The notes under the pieces: model-generated | The model's database searches: none | What the model was told of the DNA's origin: nothing | The model's input: the letters and a program-made list of their open reading frames with translations, nothing else | Shown here: one piece after another, positions 10,710 through 19,126 of the stretch | Layout: every line of letters starts with the position of its first letter | Position numbering within the stretch: position 1 is the stretch's first letter | Position numbers and translations under genes: made by a program | NCBI GenBank assembly: GCA_034434635.1 | Contig: DAOTYX010000130.1 | Location: forward strand, 1-36,349 | Source of the DNA: Anaerolineae bacterium | GTDB taxonomy: Bacteria > Chloroflexota > Anaerolineae > B4-G1 > DUEL01 | Direction of reading: 5' to 3' | DNA: 36,349 nt

Positions 10710-12311
10710 TCACGGGAAAATGACCTGCCCCTCTATTTCCGCCCACTCCTCCGGGCTGACCCAGGGAGTGACCGTGCCGTCGGCGTTGCGCTGGCCCACG
10801 ACGCGATAGCCGATGGTCCAGCCATCGCCGCGCAGGATGGGCAGCAGGACGTACTCTTGCAGTCGCTCGTCATGGAGGTCAATGACGTAGAGCGGATGTT
10901 CCGCCAGGTGCGGCTCCGCCTCTTCCCAGCGCAGGTAGCCCGGCGGTGGGCCGGGTGGATCCAACCCCGGCAGGTAGACGACGCTCATCTCCGGCACGCG
11001 GTTCTCCGCCCAGGAGACATAGCGCAGCGCCCAGGACTGGACGAACCCGTCGGTGGGCAGCGGCGGGGTGAGCAGCCAGGCTCCCGGCTCCATCTGCGCC
11101 AGCAGGTCGCGCGCCCAGGCGTGCCAGGTGGTGTTCTGGCTCTGGTCCACCAGCGGCAGGTTGTTGAACGCCGTCGCCAGCAACAACCCCGCCAGCGCCA
11201 GCGCGACCAGGCCCAGGGCGGCGGACCGTGCGGGCCGCGGCCAGCGGGCCATCCCGTGGGACAGCGTTGCCCATACCTCCCCCAGTCCCACCCCGATGAG
11301 CGGCGCGGTGAGGATGTAGACCGGGTGCATGAAGTCCGCCCAGTCCACCACGTCGTAACTGACGACGAAGAACCACTCCCCGATCAGCCCCAAGAGAAAG
11401 GTCACGCCCAGACGGGTGCGCTGACGCAGCAGGTTCCACAACCCCACGGCTCCCAGTCCCACCCCCAGCGGCCAGAACTGCAGCATCAACTGATAGCCGG
11501 AGTCGGCCCAGCGCTGCAGGTAGTAGCGCGGCTGGACGCCGAAGGCGATGCCCCACCATTCGCGCCCGGTCAGGAAAGCGGGCACCTCGGCCCAGGTGGA
11601 CGGGCAGTAGTTGCAGAAGCGCGGCTGTTGGAAGGCGCGCAGGGGGACGTAGAGGTATTGCGCCGCGGCGGCCAGGACGATCAGCGCGGTCAGCGCCAGG
11701 TTGCGCGGGCGGGTGAGCATGCGGGGATCGGTGGTCAGCACCGCCCACAGCCACATCGGCAAGAGGACGATCGCCGGGGCGTTGACGCCGAAGTTCAGCG
11801 CGTAGAGCGCCGCGCTGAGGAAGTAGAAAGCGGGATGGCGGCTCTCCATCCAGGTGACCAGCGCCAATAGCGTGGCAGCGATGAGCGTCCCGTTGAGGGG
11901 GTAGAGTTCGCTGTAGAGCGCCTGATACCAGAACCGCACGGCGAAGGCCAGCGTCAGCGCGCTGAACAGCGCCAGCAGGGTGCGCCGGGTGAGACGGTAG
12001 GTGATTCGCCCCACCAGCACGACCGTGACCACCGAGCAGAGGGCACAGAACAGGTTGAGCCGATAGGCCGGGTTGTTGATGGGCAGGAGGACGAACAACC
12101 GCCCCAGGAAGGTGAACAGCGGATACCCCGGCGGATGAGAGACACCCATCACCAGGGTGGTGAGCTGGTACTCGATGGAGTCCAGGTAAGGGCCGACGCC
12201 GGGGTGGAGGGTGCGGACGTAGAGCGCCGCCGCGATCGCCCCGGCCAGCAGCGCCGCCAGCCAGGAGGCCCGCGAACCGTCGAACGACCAGGCTTTGGTA
12301 GAGGGTCGCAT
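10710..12311 (-). CDS. Large polytopic membrane protein of the GT-C glycosyltransferase fold (DUF2723 / ArnT / PMT-like).
   Basis: At least ten predicted transmembrane helices. The first loop carries YLDSIEY (a DE-type motif), and there is a C-terminal soluble domain. The ATG at 12311 is preferred; the track's TTG at 12347 is an alternative. Confidence 0.6.
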   Translation of the reverse strand: MRPSTKAWSFDGSRASWLAALLAGAIAAALYVRTLHPGVGPYLDSIEYQLTTLVMGVSHPPGYPLFTFLGRLFVLLPINNPAYRLNLFCALCSVVTVVLVGRITYRLTRRTLLALFSALTLAFAVRFWYQALYSELYPLNGTLIAATLLALVTWMESRHPAFYFLSAALYALNFGVNAPAIVLLPMWLWAVLTTDPRMLTRPRNLALTALIVLAAAAQYLYVPLRAFQQPRFCNYCPSTWAEVPAFLTGREWWGIAFGVQPRYYLQRWADSGYQLMLQFWPLGVGLGAVGLWNLLRQRTRLGVTFLLGLIGEWFFVVSYDVVDWADFMHPVYILTAPLIGVGLGEVWATLSHGMARWPRPARSAALGLVALALAGLLLATAFNNLPLVDQSQNTTWHAWARDLLAQMEPGAWLLTPPLPTDGFVQSWALRYVSWAENRVPEMSVVYLPGLDPPGPPPGYLRWEEAEPHLAEHPLYVIDLHDERLQEYVLLPILRGDGWTIGYRVVGQRNADGTVTPWVSPEEWAEIEGQVIFP

Positions 12312-12349
12312 AGGGTGGATTATCGCACAGAGTGGGCGGGGAAGCAACC

Positions 12350-12372
12350 CGTGAGGTGAGGTGAGTGAGGTG
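12350..12372. repeat. (GTGAG)n pentanucleotide microsatellite, about six units.
   Basis: Reads gtgag gtgag gtgag tgag gtgag gtgag gtgac. It abuts the 22-bp hairpin at 12370-12418. Confidence 0.8.
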
Positions 12373-12418
12373 AGGTGAGGTGACAGTCACCTGGAAGGTG
12401 ACTGTCACCTCACCTCAC
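12370..12418 (-). terminator. Perfect 22-bp stem / 5-nt loop hairpin immediately after the SPFH gene stop. Probably a U-tract-less terminator or an mRNA-stabilising hairpin.
   Basis: GTGAGGTGAGGTGACAGTCACC - tggaa - GGTGACTGTCACCTCACCTCAC. It begins 2 nt after the stop codon at 12421-12423. No T-run follows on the transcribed strand. Confidence 0.4.
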
Positions 12419-12420
12419 GT

Positions 12421-13311
12421 CTATTCCCTGCGCGGGGCCAGCGGCCCCAGCAGGCTGGCGAACTCCAGCGGGAAGATGAACTTGGTCGCCGGACTCTCCC
12501 CCAGCCGCTTGAGCGTCTCCAGGTATTGCAGGGTCATCGTGTTGGGATCCACCTGCTGGGCGATGCCGTAGATGTGCTGCAACGCCACGGCGTACCCCTC
12601 AGCGCGCAGCGCCTGGGCGGCTCGCTCGCCCTCGGCGCGCAGGATGTTGGCCTGCTTCTCGCCTTCGGCCTGCAGGATGCTGGCTTGCTTCTGTCCCTCG
12701 GCCACCTTGATCGCTGCCTCGCGCTGCCCGTCCGCCTCGGTGACCATCGCCCGGCGGTTCCGCTCCGCCGACATCTGGCGGTTCATCGCTGCCTGGATCT
12801 CCTTCGGCGGCTCGATCTCGCGGATCTCCACACTGGTCACCTTGACGCCCCAGCGCTCGGTCACCTCGTCCAGTTTGACCCGCAGCACCTGGTTGATGTG
12901 CTCCCGCTGGGCCAGCACGTCGTCCAGCATGATGTCGCCGATCACCGCGCGCAGGGTGGTGGTGGCGATGCCGATCGAGGCGCGGCGGAAGTCCCCGACC
13001 TGCAAGACACTGCTTTCAGGATCCACCACCTTCCAGTAGATGAGGAAATCAACGCCGATGGGCGCGTTGTCTTTGGTGATGCTGGTCTGGTGAGGGATCT
13101 CCAGAAACTGCTCCCGCAGGTCGGCCTGCACCGCACGGTCAATGAAGGGGATGAGGATGACCAGCCCCGGCCCCTTAGCCCCGATGCAGCGGCCCAGGCG
13201 GAAGACAACCAGCCGTTCGTACTCCCGCACGATGCGGATCATCGAGAAGAGGAGGATGAGGAAGACGATGGCGACGAAGCCCAGGATGAAGAACAGAGCA
13301 ACCCATTCCAT
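12421..13311 (-). CDS. SPFH / band-7 (stomatin-prohibitin-like, slipin) family protein.
   Basis: N-terminal transmembrane helix, then the SPFH core (RIVREYERLVVFRLGR...ITKDNAPIGVDFLIYWKVVDP) and a coiled-coil AEGEKQA-repeat C-terminus. ATG preceded by AGGAGGA. Confidence 0.85.
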   Translation of the reverse strand: MEWVALFFILGFVAIVFLILLFSMIRIVREYERLVVFRLGRCIGAKGPGLVILIPFIDRAVQADLREQFLEIPHQTSITKDNAPIGVDFLIYWKVVDPESSVLQVGDFRRASIGIATTTLRAVIGDIMLDDVLAQREHINQVLRVKLDEVTERWGVKVTSVEIREIEPPKEIQAAMNRQMSAERNRRAMVTEADGQREAAIKVAEGQKQASILQAEGEKQANILRAEGERAAQALRAEGYAVALQHIYGIAQQVDPNTMTLQYLETLKRLGESPATKFIFPLEFASLLGPLAPRRE

Positions 13312-13338
13312 TTTGTCCTCCTGTCTGTTGTTCCCTGC

Positions 13339-13950
13339 CTACAACGGCGTGACGCGCAGGCGCACGCCCTCCACGGCCACCACGCGCACCGGCGTGCCGA
13401 CGGGGATGGGGGTGTCTGCCACGGCTGTCCACAGTTCACTGCGCACCTGCACCGTGCCCACCGGGTCAATGGCCGACGTGACGACCCCCTCCGCGCCGAC
13501 GATGGTCTGCGGGTCGGTCTTGACGGCCAGCCGTTGGGCACGCACGGCCGCGTTGAGGGCGAAGCCGAAGAAGGCGAAGGTAGCCAGGGTCACCCCGCCG
13601 ATCACCCAGGGGGAGAGGGCCACGCCCGTGCCGGGGCGGAACAGCAGGAGCGACCCCACCGCCAGCCCCAGCGCCGCGCCGACCCCCAACCCGGTGCTTT
13701 GGAGTTTGAGGTCGGCCACGAACAGGCCCATGGAGACCAGCATCAGGGCCAGGCCGATCAGGTTGACCGGCAGCCGCACCAGTCCCAGCACGGCCAGGAG
13801 CAGGCAGATGATCGCCGCGGCTTCCGGGAAGCCGGTGCCGGGCACCGTCCATGCCGCCGCTGCCGCCCACAACCCCAACAGCAGGAGCACGTAGGCGACG
13901 TTAGGGTTGACCAACAGCCCTTGCAGGAAAGCCAGCCATTCACCGTTCAT
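13339..13950 (-). CDS. NfeD family membrane protein, the SPFH partner (YuaF-like, with a C-terminal OB-fold).
   Basis: Multi-transmembrane N-terminus plus a C-terminal beta domain (TVQVRSELWTAV...GTPVRVVAVEGVRLRV). It lies directly upstream of the SPFH gene in the classic NfeD-stomatin operon arrangement. ATG preceded by AGGGGG. Confidence 0.8.
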   Translation of the reverse strand: MNGEWLAFLQGLLVNPNVAYVLLLLGLWAAAAAWTVPGTGFPEAAAIICLLLAVLGLVRLPVNLIGLALMLVSMGLFVADLKLQSTGLGVGAALGLAVGSLLLFRPGTGVALSPWVIGGVTLATFAFFGFALNAAVRAQRLAVKTDPQTIVGAEGVVTSAIDPVGTVQVRSELWTAVADTPIPVGTPVRVVAVEGVRLRVTPL

Positions 13951-14043
13951 GCCGCCCCCTGATCGCTACTCAAGCGCCATCCTCATCCTACCACGGTCAG
14001 GCCACCCTGTCCCGATACCCGACTGACGACAACCTGACGGCTG

Positions 14044-14088
14044 CGGACGACAGACCACGGACGATGGACCACGGACCACGGACGACGG
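14044..14088. repeat. Degenerate tandem repeats of ACCACGGAC(GA), 3-4 units, in the nfeD upstream region.
   Basis: Reads cggacgacagaccacggacgatggaccacggaccacggacgacgg. Confidence 0.6.
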
Positions 14089-14112
14089 TGAGACATAGGG
14101 ACAACCCCGCTG

Positions 14113-14140
14113 CCATTGGTCATTGGTCATTGACCATTGC
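14113..14140. repeat. Tandem heptamer repeats (CATTGGT x2, CATTGAC, CATTG) overlapping the 3' end of the regulator gene.
   Basis: Reads ccattggtcattggtcattgaccattgc. The stop codon of the AAA-wHTH gene (14127-14129) lies inside the array. Confidence 0.6.
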
Positions 14141-15449
14141 TCTGCAACCGGTAGCCGCGCCCGCGAACGGTAAGCAGGTAACGCGGATTGGCGGGGTCCT
14201 GCTCGATCTTGGCCCGCAGTCGGCTGACCAGCTTCTCGATGCGGGCATCGTCCACCTCGTCAATGAACTTCTCCCCCCAGACAGCCTCGACCAGGGTGAA
14301 CCTGTCACACAGTTTGTCCTTGCGCTCGATCAGGAAGCGCAGCAGCCGGTACTCCAGGTCGGTGAGCGGGGGGGCCTGGCGTCCGTCCACGTAGACCTCG
14401 CCGGAGTCAGCGTCCAGCCAGACGCCGGGGGGCAGGTCGGCGCGGCGCTGACCATGTCGGCGGATGAAGGCGGCGAAGGCGGCGCCGAACAGGTGCCCCT
14501 GCTCATCGGTCAGGCCGAGGCTGGTCAGACGCTCCCTGGCTGCCTGGCCCACCGGCTCTCTCTCCACCAGTCCCTGGAGAGCGGCGCGCTCGGCGGCGGT
14601 GAGCTGCCCCCACAGCCGGCCGCACTCGCGACGGGTGGCCTCGTCGCCCGGCAGCGCCTCTGCAACCAGACGGGTGCCCATGCTGGCGTAGGTTTCCGGG
14701 GCGACGGCGCGTGCCCGCAGCAGCAACCGGGTGACCGCGCCGAGCAGTCCAGGGTGGCCGCCAGCCTGCTCGACGACGAAGTTCACCTCTTCCTCGCTCA
14801 GCGTGGTCCCTGCCACGGCAGCGACCTGCCGCACCCGTTCTGCGCTCCAGGCTTCGGCCAGCATCCCCAGCCTGCAGGTGTGGTCAGCGAAGAGTTCGCG
14901 GAACTCGGCGGTCTCTGCGTCGTCACGCAACTCATCCAGCGGGCGCTCCACGCCCACCACGTAGACCAGCGCTGGTCGGTAGCGGTCGCGCAACGCGCGC
15001 AGGTTGAGGAAGGTCCGTCCCTCCAGCGCGGCGAACGGCTCGTCGAACTCGTCCAACACCAGCACGACAGGGTGGCTCACCCCTTCGCACAGCCCTTCTA
15101 TCCCCTCGATGAAGCCCAGAGGGATGGCAAAAGGGTTGCTGGGTTCGACCACCTGACGGTAGGCGTGTTCCAGCCGTTCCGTCACGGGGGCCGGGGCAGC
15201 GGGCGGGCGGAAGTGGGCGCGGACTGCGCGCAGCACGGCTTCGTAGAAGCCCTGTTCGGAGAGATCGAGCATGCGGTTGCAGTCCACGTACACCCGCCAG
15301 GCGGCTCCCTCGCTCGCTTCGGGGGTGCAGAGGGCGCGCAGCAGGGTGGACTTGCCGGTGTTGCTGAGGCCGCTCAGGGCACAGCACATGCCATCCTGCA
15401 AGTAGCCCTGCAGGATGGTCATTTTGTGAGGATGGGGAAGGACTTCCAT
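14127..15449 (-). CDS. Transcriptional regulator with an N-terminal P-loop NTPase (AAA-type) domain fused to a C-terminal OmpR/PhoB-type winged-helix DNA-binding domain.
   Basis: Walker A GLSNTGKSTLL and a Walker B-like VLVLDEFDE. The C-terminus (LTDLEYRLLRFLIERKDKLCDRFTLVEAVWGE...IEKLVSRLRAKIE...LLTVRGRGYRL) is a textbook trans_reg_C wing. ATG 15449 is preferred; 15422 and 15569 are alternatives. Confidence 0.7.
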   Translation of the reverse strand: MEVLPHPHKMTILQGYLQDGMCCALSGLSNTGKSTLLRALCTPEASEGAAWRVYVDCNRMLDLSEQGFYEAVLRAVRAHFRPPAAPAPVTERLEHAYRQVVEPSNPFAIPLGFIEGIEGLCEGVSHPVVLVLDEFDEPFAALEGRTFLNLRALRDRYRPALVYVVGVERPLDELRDDAETAEFRELFADHTCRLGMLAEAWSAERVRQVAAVAGTTLSEEEVNFVVEQAGGHPGLLGAVTRLLLRARAVAPETYASMGTRLVAEALPGDEATRRECGRLWGQLTAAERAALQGLVEREPVGQAARERLTSLGLTDEQGHLFGAAFAAFIRRHGQRRADLPPGVWLDADSGEVYVDGRQAPPLTDLEYRLLRFLIERKDKLCDRFTLVEAVWGEKFIDEVDDARIEKLVSRLRAKIEQDPANPRYLLTVRGRGYRLQSNGQ

Positions 15450-15620
15450 AGCCTTTCTGCTCTGTGGCTCTTTGTCTCTGCCACTGCTCACCCTCCCGCA
15501 GATTGCTTTCGAACCTGCGAGAGGGTACAGGTTGATTGCCCCATCTGCGGATAAGAGCGACGCCAACACAGGGCCCGTGGGCCACCGTGTTGGCGTCTTC
15601 CGGTTCTCCTGGCGCGGAGT

Positions 15621-16196
15621 TCAGTGGGCGGTCCGTGCCCGTCGTGCGGCGACCAGTATGATCAGCAGCGCCCCGGCGATGACCATGGCGGCGAAGGGGG
15701 CAACGCCCGTCTGTGAGACCTCGGAAGGCGCATGCGCAGCCGCAGAGAGGGTGGGGGTTGGCGAGCCCACGGCTCTAGGGATGGTCGTGGGGGTCGCTCC
15801 GCCGCTGGGAGTGGCCACCTCTCGCGGCGTGCCCAATCCGGTGGGGGTCGCCTCTGGAGTGGGAGGAACCGTGGGGGGCGGCTGGGTCGGTGTCAGGGTC
15901 GGAGGGACGGTGGGAGGGAGAGTGGGGGGGACCTCCGTGGTCACAGCCACGGCAGCGGCGGTCGCCGTGGCAGCAATGTCCACAGCCGTTGTCGATGTGG
16001 GAGGCACCTGCGCCGCGCGCCCGCGGTTGCCCAGGATGCCGCTGAAGGCGACCACCCACACGCAGAAGGCCACAACGCCGATCAGCAGCAACCCGCCCAT
16101 CGCTGCCACCAGAATGATAAACAGGCGGTTCTGCCCCTCGCCCCCTCCTCCTTCCTCTTCTTCCTCCAACTCCTCCATCTCCAGGTCCACGTTCAT
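15621..16196 (-). CDS. Membrane protein with an acidic cytoplasmic N-terminus, one transmembrane helix, a long Pro/Thr-rich linker, and a C-terminal hydrophobic segment plus RRAR tail (sorting-signal-like).
   Basis: ATG preceded by a perfect AAGGAGGTG. The N-terminus MNVDLEMEELEEEEE is followed by a transmembrane segment, (PPT)n, and a C-terminus EVSQTGVAPFAAMVIAGALLIILVAARRARTAH*. It is the last gene of the 8-gene operon. Confidence 0.65.
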   Translation of the reverse strand: MNVDLEMEELEEEEEGGGGEGQNRLFIILVAAMGGLLLIGVVAFCVWVVAFSGILGNRGRAAQVPPTSTTAVDIAATATAAAVAVTTEVPPTLPPTVPPTLTPTQPPPTVPPTPEATPTGLGTPREVATPSGGATPTTIPRAVGSPTPTLSAAAHAPSEVSQTGVAPFAAMVIAGALLIILVAARRARTAH

Positions 16197-16289
16197 CCTT
16201 CACCTCCTTGAACGGGTACGTTGGTGACCACGTGCTCACCCCTCAGCCCTTACCGCAGGTTTTGAAACCCCTGGGAGGGTGGCTGAGCC

Positions 16290-17354
16290 TCAACGCAGGA
16301 TCTCCAGGTTGACCAGCGGGATGGTCATTATCTGCTCGTCGTCGTCTCTCTTCACCCTGGCGGCCGCCATCTGTGCGCCGCTGGCGGTGCGCGCCCAACT
16401 CGGGAAAGCCACCACGACGCCGGTGATGCCCAGGTAGGGAGCGCGCACACCCCGCACGACGTCTCCCACCTTCAGCTCCAGGTTTGCGTCTGGCAGGGCT
16501 TCCGCTGCGCCTTCTGCCGGCAGCGGCACAATCACCTCTGGTCGGACAACCTCCCAACCGGTCCGGAAACGGGCGTCCAGGGTAGCCTCGCGGCCGTCGT
16601 GGGCCATCAGCAGGTGGTGGATACGGGGGCACATCGGCGCGTCGCCGAGCGCCTCGGTAACGACGATCGGGAAGGCCATCTCTTCGGCAGCGGTCAGGGC
16701 GTCGGGGGAGAGGCCGCCGGTGATGATGCCGCGCACCTGCATCTCGACGGCCTTCTCCAGCGCGTCTTTGTCGAGCCAGCCACCGCCGATGAGCACTGTG
16801 CCCCGGCACGTGGCGTCAATAGACCTGCCGCGCAGGGGTTTGTCGCGCTCCTTGATCAACACCTTCAGCACGCCCGACCCCTCTTTGCCGTTGCCCCAGG
16901 CGCCCTGTATCAGCGCCCCGTGGGTGCGGATCACCACCCCCCAGCCTGCCACTACCCGTGAGATGGTGCCGTAGAGATTGGCGCGCAGTTCGAACTCTTG
17001 AGGAGGGGCTTCGATGAGCAGCCAGCCGCCACCGCCGTCGGTCACTACCCCATCTATCGGTGCGCGGCAGACCCGTTTGTTGGGCCAGCGGACGGCGGCA
17101 AGTACCTGGCCGCGCTTCACTTTCTGGCCACTCTTGACCTTGAGGGCCTTGCCCACGGCGGCAGGAGACAGGCCCAGCACGCGGGCGACGTTGACAACAC
17201 GCCGGTCCATAGGAAGATTGGCCTGGCCGATCACCTGGATCGGCTCGACCCTTTCCCCTTCGCGGACGAGGATCTCGCCGGCTACCGGCAGCACCCGCTC
17301 GCGCTGGATGACGGTCAGCGGGGTGGCGATTGTCTGCGGCAGGTAGACCTTCAC
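16290..17354 (-). CDS. Hypothetical protein with biotin/lipoyl-like barrel-sandwich-hybrid segment(s).
   Basis: GTG at 17354 preceded by GGGAGGA, 2 nt after the ASKHA gene stop. AGEILVREGERVEPIQVIGQ and VKSGQKVKRGQVLAAV...APIDGVV match the G.x.V.eGd.V..Gq.L pattern. No family assignment is possible by eye. Confidence 0.55.
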   Translation of the reverse strand: MKVYLPQTIATPLTVIQRERVLPVAGEILVREGERVEPIQVIGQANLPMDRRVVNVARVLGLSPAAVGKALKVKSGQKVKRGQVLAAVRWPNKRVCRAPIDGVVTDGGGGWLLIEAPPQEFELRANLYGTISRVVAGWGVVIRTHGALIQGAWGNGKEGSGVLKVLIKERDKPLRGRSIDATCRGTVLIGGGWLDKDALEKAVEMQVRGIITGGLSPDALTAAEEMAFPIVVTEALGDAPMCPRIHHLLMAHDGREATLDARFRTGWEVVRPEVIVPLPAEGAAEALPDANLELKVGDVVRGVRAPYLGITGVVVAFPSWARTASGAQMAAARVKRDDDEQIMTIPLVNLEILR

Positions 17355-17356
17355 GG

Positions 17357-19117
17357 CTATCCTCCCACGTCCCAAAGCCACTGCTGGATCTGTTTCTGAC
17401 GCCTGGATGGCTCCTGCGGCAGTTCGAGCGGCCGGCCGCGCGCGTCAATGATCAGCCCCGCCAGCCCGCCGCGCACACGGCGGCGGCCTCCCTTCCCAGA
17501 CCCGCCAAGTCCGACGTCGAACCGGCCGCGCGGGCGCAGTTCGAGCACTGCCTCTTGACCCGGCGGCAGGGGGAGCACCTCCAGAGAGCCGTAGGGCACC
17601 TCCACATCCAGCATGCCCCCCTGTTCGTACTGCACGCGCACGCGCAACACCACCTCGCCCTTTCGGGCCTCGCCCACCGGCGTGACGACCGTCGCCAGGT
17701 TGACGATACAGCCGCTGTCCAATATCTCCACAGCCGCCAGCGGCTTCAGCCGGGCCACTCCACCCAATGCCGGGGCCAGGCCATGCAGGTCCAACAACAC
17801 GGTACTTATGCCGATGGGTTGGATCGCGTCCAGGGCCAACAGGACTGCCTGCCCAGGCCGTGGAGCGCCGGCCAGCAAGCCACCGCTGAGCAGGATCGGG
17901 TCCAGCAGCGGCGTGAGGTGCGGGTAGAGTTGGGCCTTCCCGGGCTGCCAGGAACGTTGGGCTGTGCGCAGTGTCTCACGGATCGCCTCGCGGGCTACGG
18001 CCTGGGCCAGCCACAGTTCCTGAGGCTCCTGCGGCACAGTCCACGGCCGGGCCTCCCAGTTCAGCAGGATGGCCCGCGCCTCGTCCAGTTCCATGGGGAC
18101 TGGTAACCAGCGCAAGATGGACGACGGATCCTTCTCTCCCAGCAGGCGCCGTCCGGCGGAGACCGCCCCCAGATCGCTGCGGACGGTCAGGCCGGGGTGA
18201 CCTGCGAAGGCCGAGGCCACGGTGGTGTGGGCCGCACCCAGGTCAATCCCCAAAGTGCCTTTGGGGGACTCGTCCAGATACCAGACGTAGTGGATGAGTT
18301 GTGAGAAGGCCTTGGCGGTGGGGGTGATGGGAAGGGCGCTCCAGTGGGCCAGGAGTTCGCTGCCCGGCAGTTGTTCCAGTTTCGACTGAGCGTAGAACGA
18401 TTCCAGTTCTGCACGCAATCCGTCCGGGCTTTCCTGGTCGGGCAGGGGGCGCACGTTGTCGGTGACGCGCACTTCGGCCCGATCGCCTACGGTATGGACC
18501 ACGCGCTGGCGGAGAGCGGCGTTGCCGGCAAAGATCAGGCTGGGGCGTTTCTCCTTCTCGATGAGCGCGCAACCCAGCGCGGCGGTCTCCACCAGTTCCA
18601 ACACCGGCAGGGTTGCGCCGCCGTCGCAACCGCCCACGATGCAGATCAGTTCCGGCCGGCTCTCGGCGATCAGGCGGACCTGCTCCTCTTCTGACATCCA
18701 GCCTTGGCTGGGGTCACGGCTGATGACGCCGGCAATGGTGGCGTAAGTGCCGGCCACAGCGTGTTCCGCGCTGACCAGACTGATGTCCCGCACCAGGCCG
18801 GAGAGGAGGACGCGCAGGGGCTGCGCCGCACTGGCCAACACCACCAGGGCGTCCACCCCTATCCCGCTCTGCTCTTCGGGGATGATCAGCTGCCCGCCGA
18901 CCTGCAGGAGCGTGCGTCCGGTGACGTCCTCGATCTGAGCGATGGCGTGCTGGAGGCCCACAGCGACGTCGTACCAGGGCGCATCGGCAGTGGTCGGCGC
19001 CTCGCCGCGGGCGATGAAGCGGTAAGCGCCGCCCACCCGCCCCAGGAGGACGGCCTTGGTCATCACGGCGCCGCAGTCCGCGACCAGGATCGAACCGATA
19101 GGCTGTTCTGTGGCCAT
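17357..19117 (-). CDS. Large actin/Hsp70-fold (ASKHA superfamily) ATPase-like protein, 586 aa, of unknown function.
   Basis: Phosphate-1 motif ILVADCGAVMTKAVLL near the N-terminus and a phosphate-2-like GIDLGAAHTTVASAF about 290 residues later, plus GG-rich adenosine-like motifs. ATG preceded by GGGGAG. Larger than MreB/FtsA/ParM. Confidence 0.6.
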   Translation of the reverse strand: MATEQPIGSILVADCGAVMTKAVLLGRVGGAYRFIARGEAPTTADAPWYDVAVGLQHAIAQIEDVTGRTLLQVGGQLIIPEEQSGIGVDALVVLASAAQPLRVLLSGLVRDISLVSAEHAVAGTYATIAGVISRDPSQGWMSEEEQVRLIAESRPELICIVGGCDGGATLPVLELVETAALGCALIEKEKRPSLIFAGNAALRQRVVHTVGDRAEVRVTDNVRPLPDQESPDGLRAELESFYAQSKLEQLPGSELLAHWSALPITPTAKAFSQLIHYVWYLDESPKGTLGIDLGAAHTTVASAFAGHPGLTVRSDLGAVSAGRRLLGEKDPSSILRWLPVPMELDEARAILLNWEARPWTVPQEPQELWLAQAVAREAIRETLRTAQRSWQPGKAQLYPHLTPLLDPILLSGGLLAGAPRPGQAVLLALDAIQPIGISTVLLDLHGLAPALGGVARLKPLAAVEILDSGCIVNLATVVTPVGEARKGEVVLRVRVQYEQGGMLDVEVPYGSLEVLPLPPGQEAVLELRPRGRFDVGLGGSGKGGRRRVRGGLAGLIIDARGRPLELPQEPSRRQKQIQQWLWDVGG

Positions 19118-19126
19118 CCTTATGGA

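Noticed and set aside
10879-12408. 509-aa alternative-frame minus-strand ORF overlapping the GT-C membrane protein gene.
   Set aside because: It is a Pro/Arg/Gly-rich out-of-frame reading of the same region. The 545-aa frame has coherent transmembrane helices.
15472-16227. Plus-strand 251-aa ORF overlapping the Pro/Thr-rich membrane protein gene.
   Set aside because: The minus-strand frame has a perfect AAGGAGGTG ribosome-binding site, a clean transmembrane helix and a coherent domain architecture. The plus-strand product is Gly/Val/Ala-rich antisense noise.
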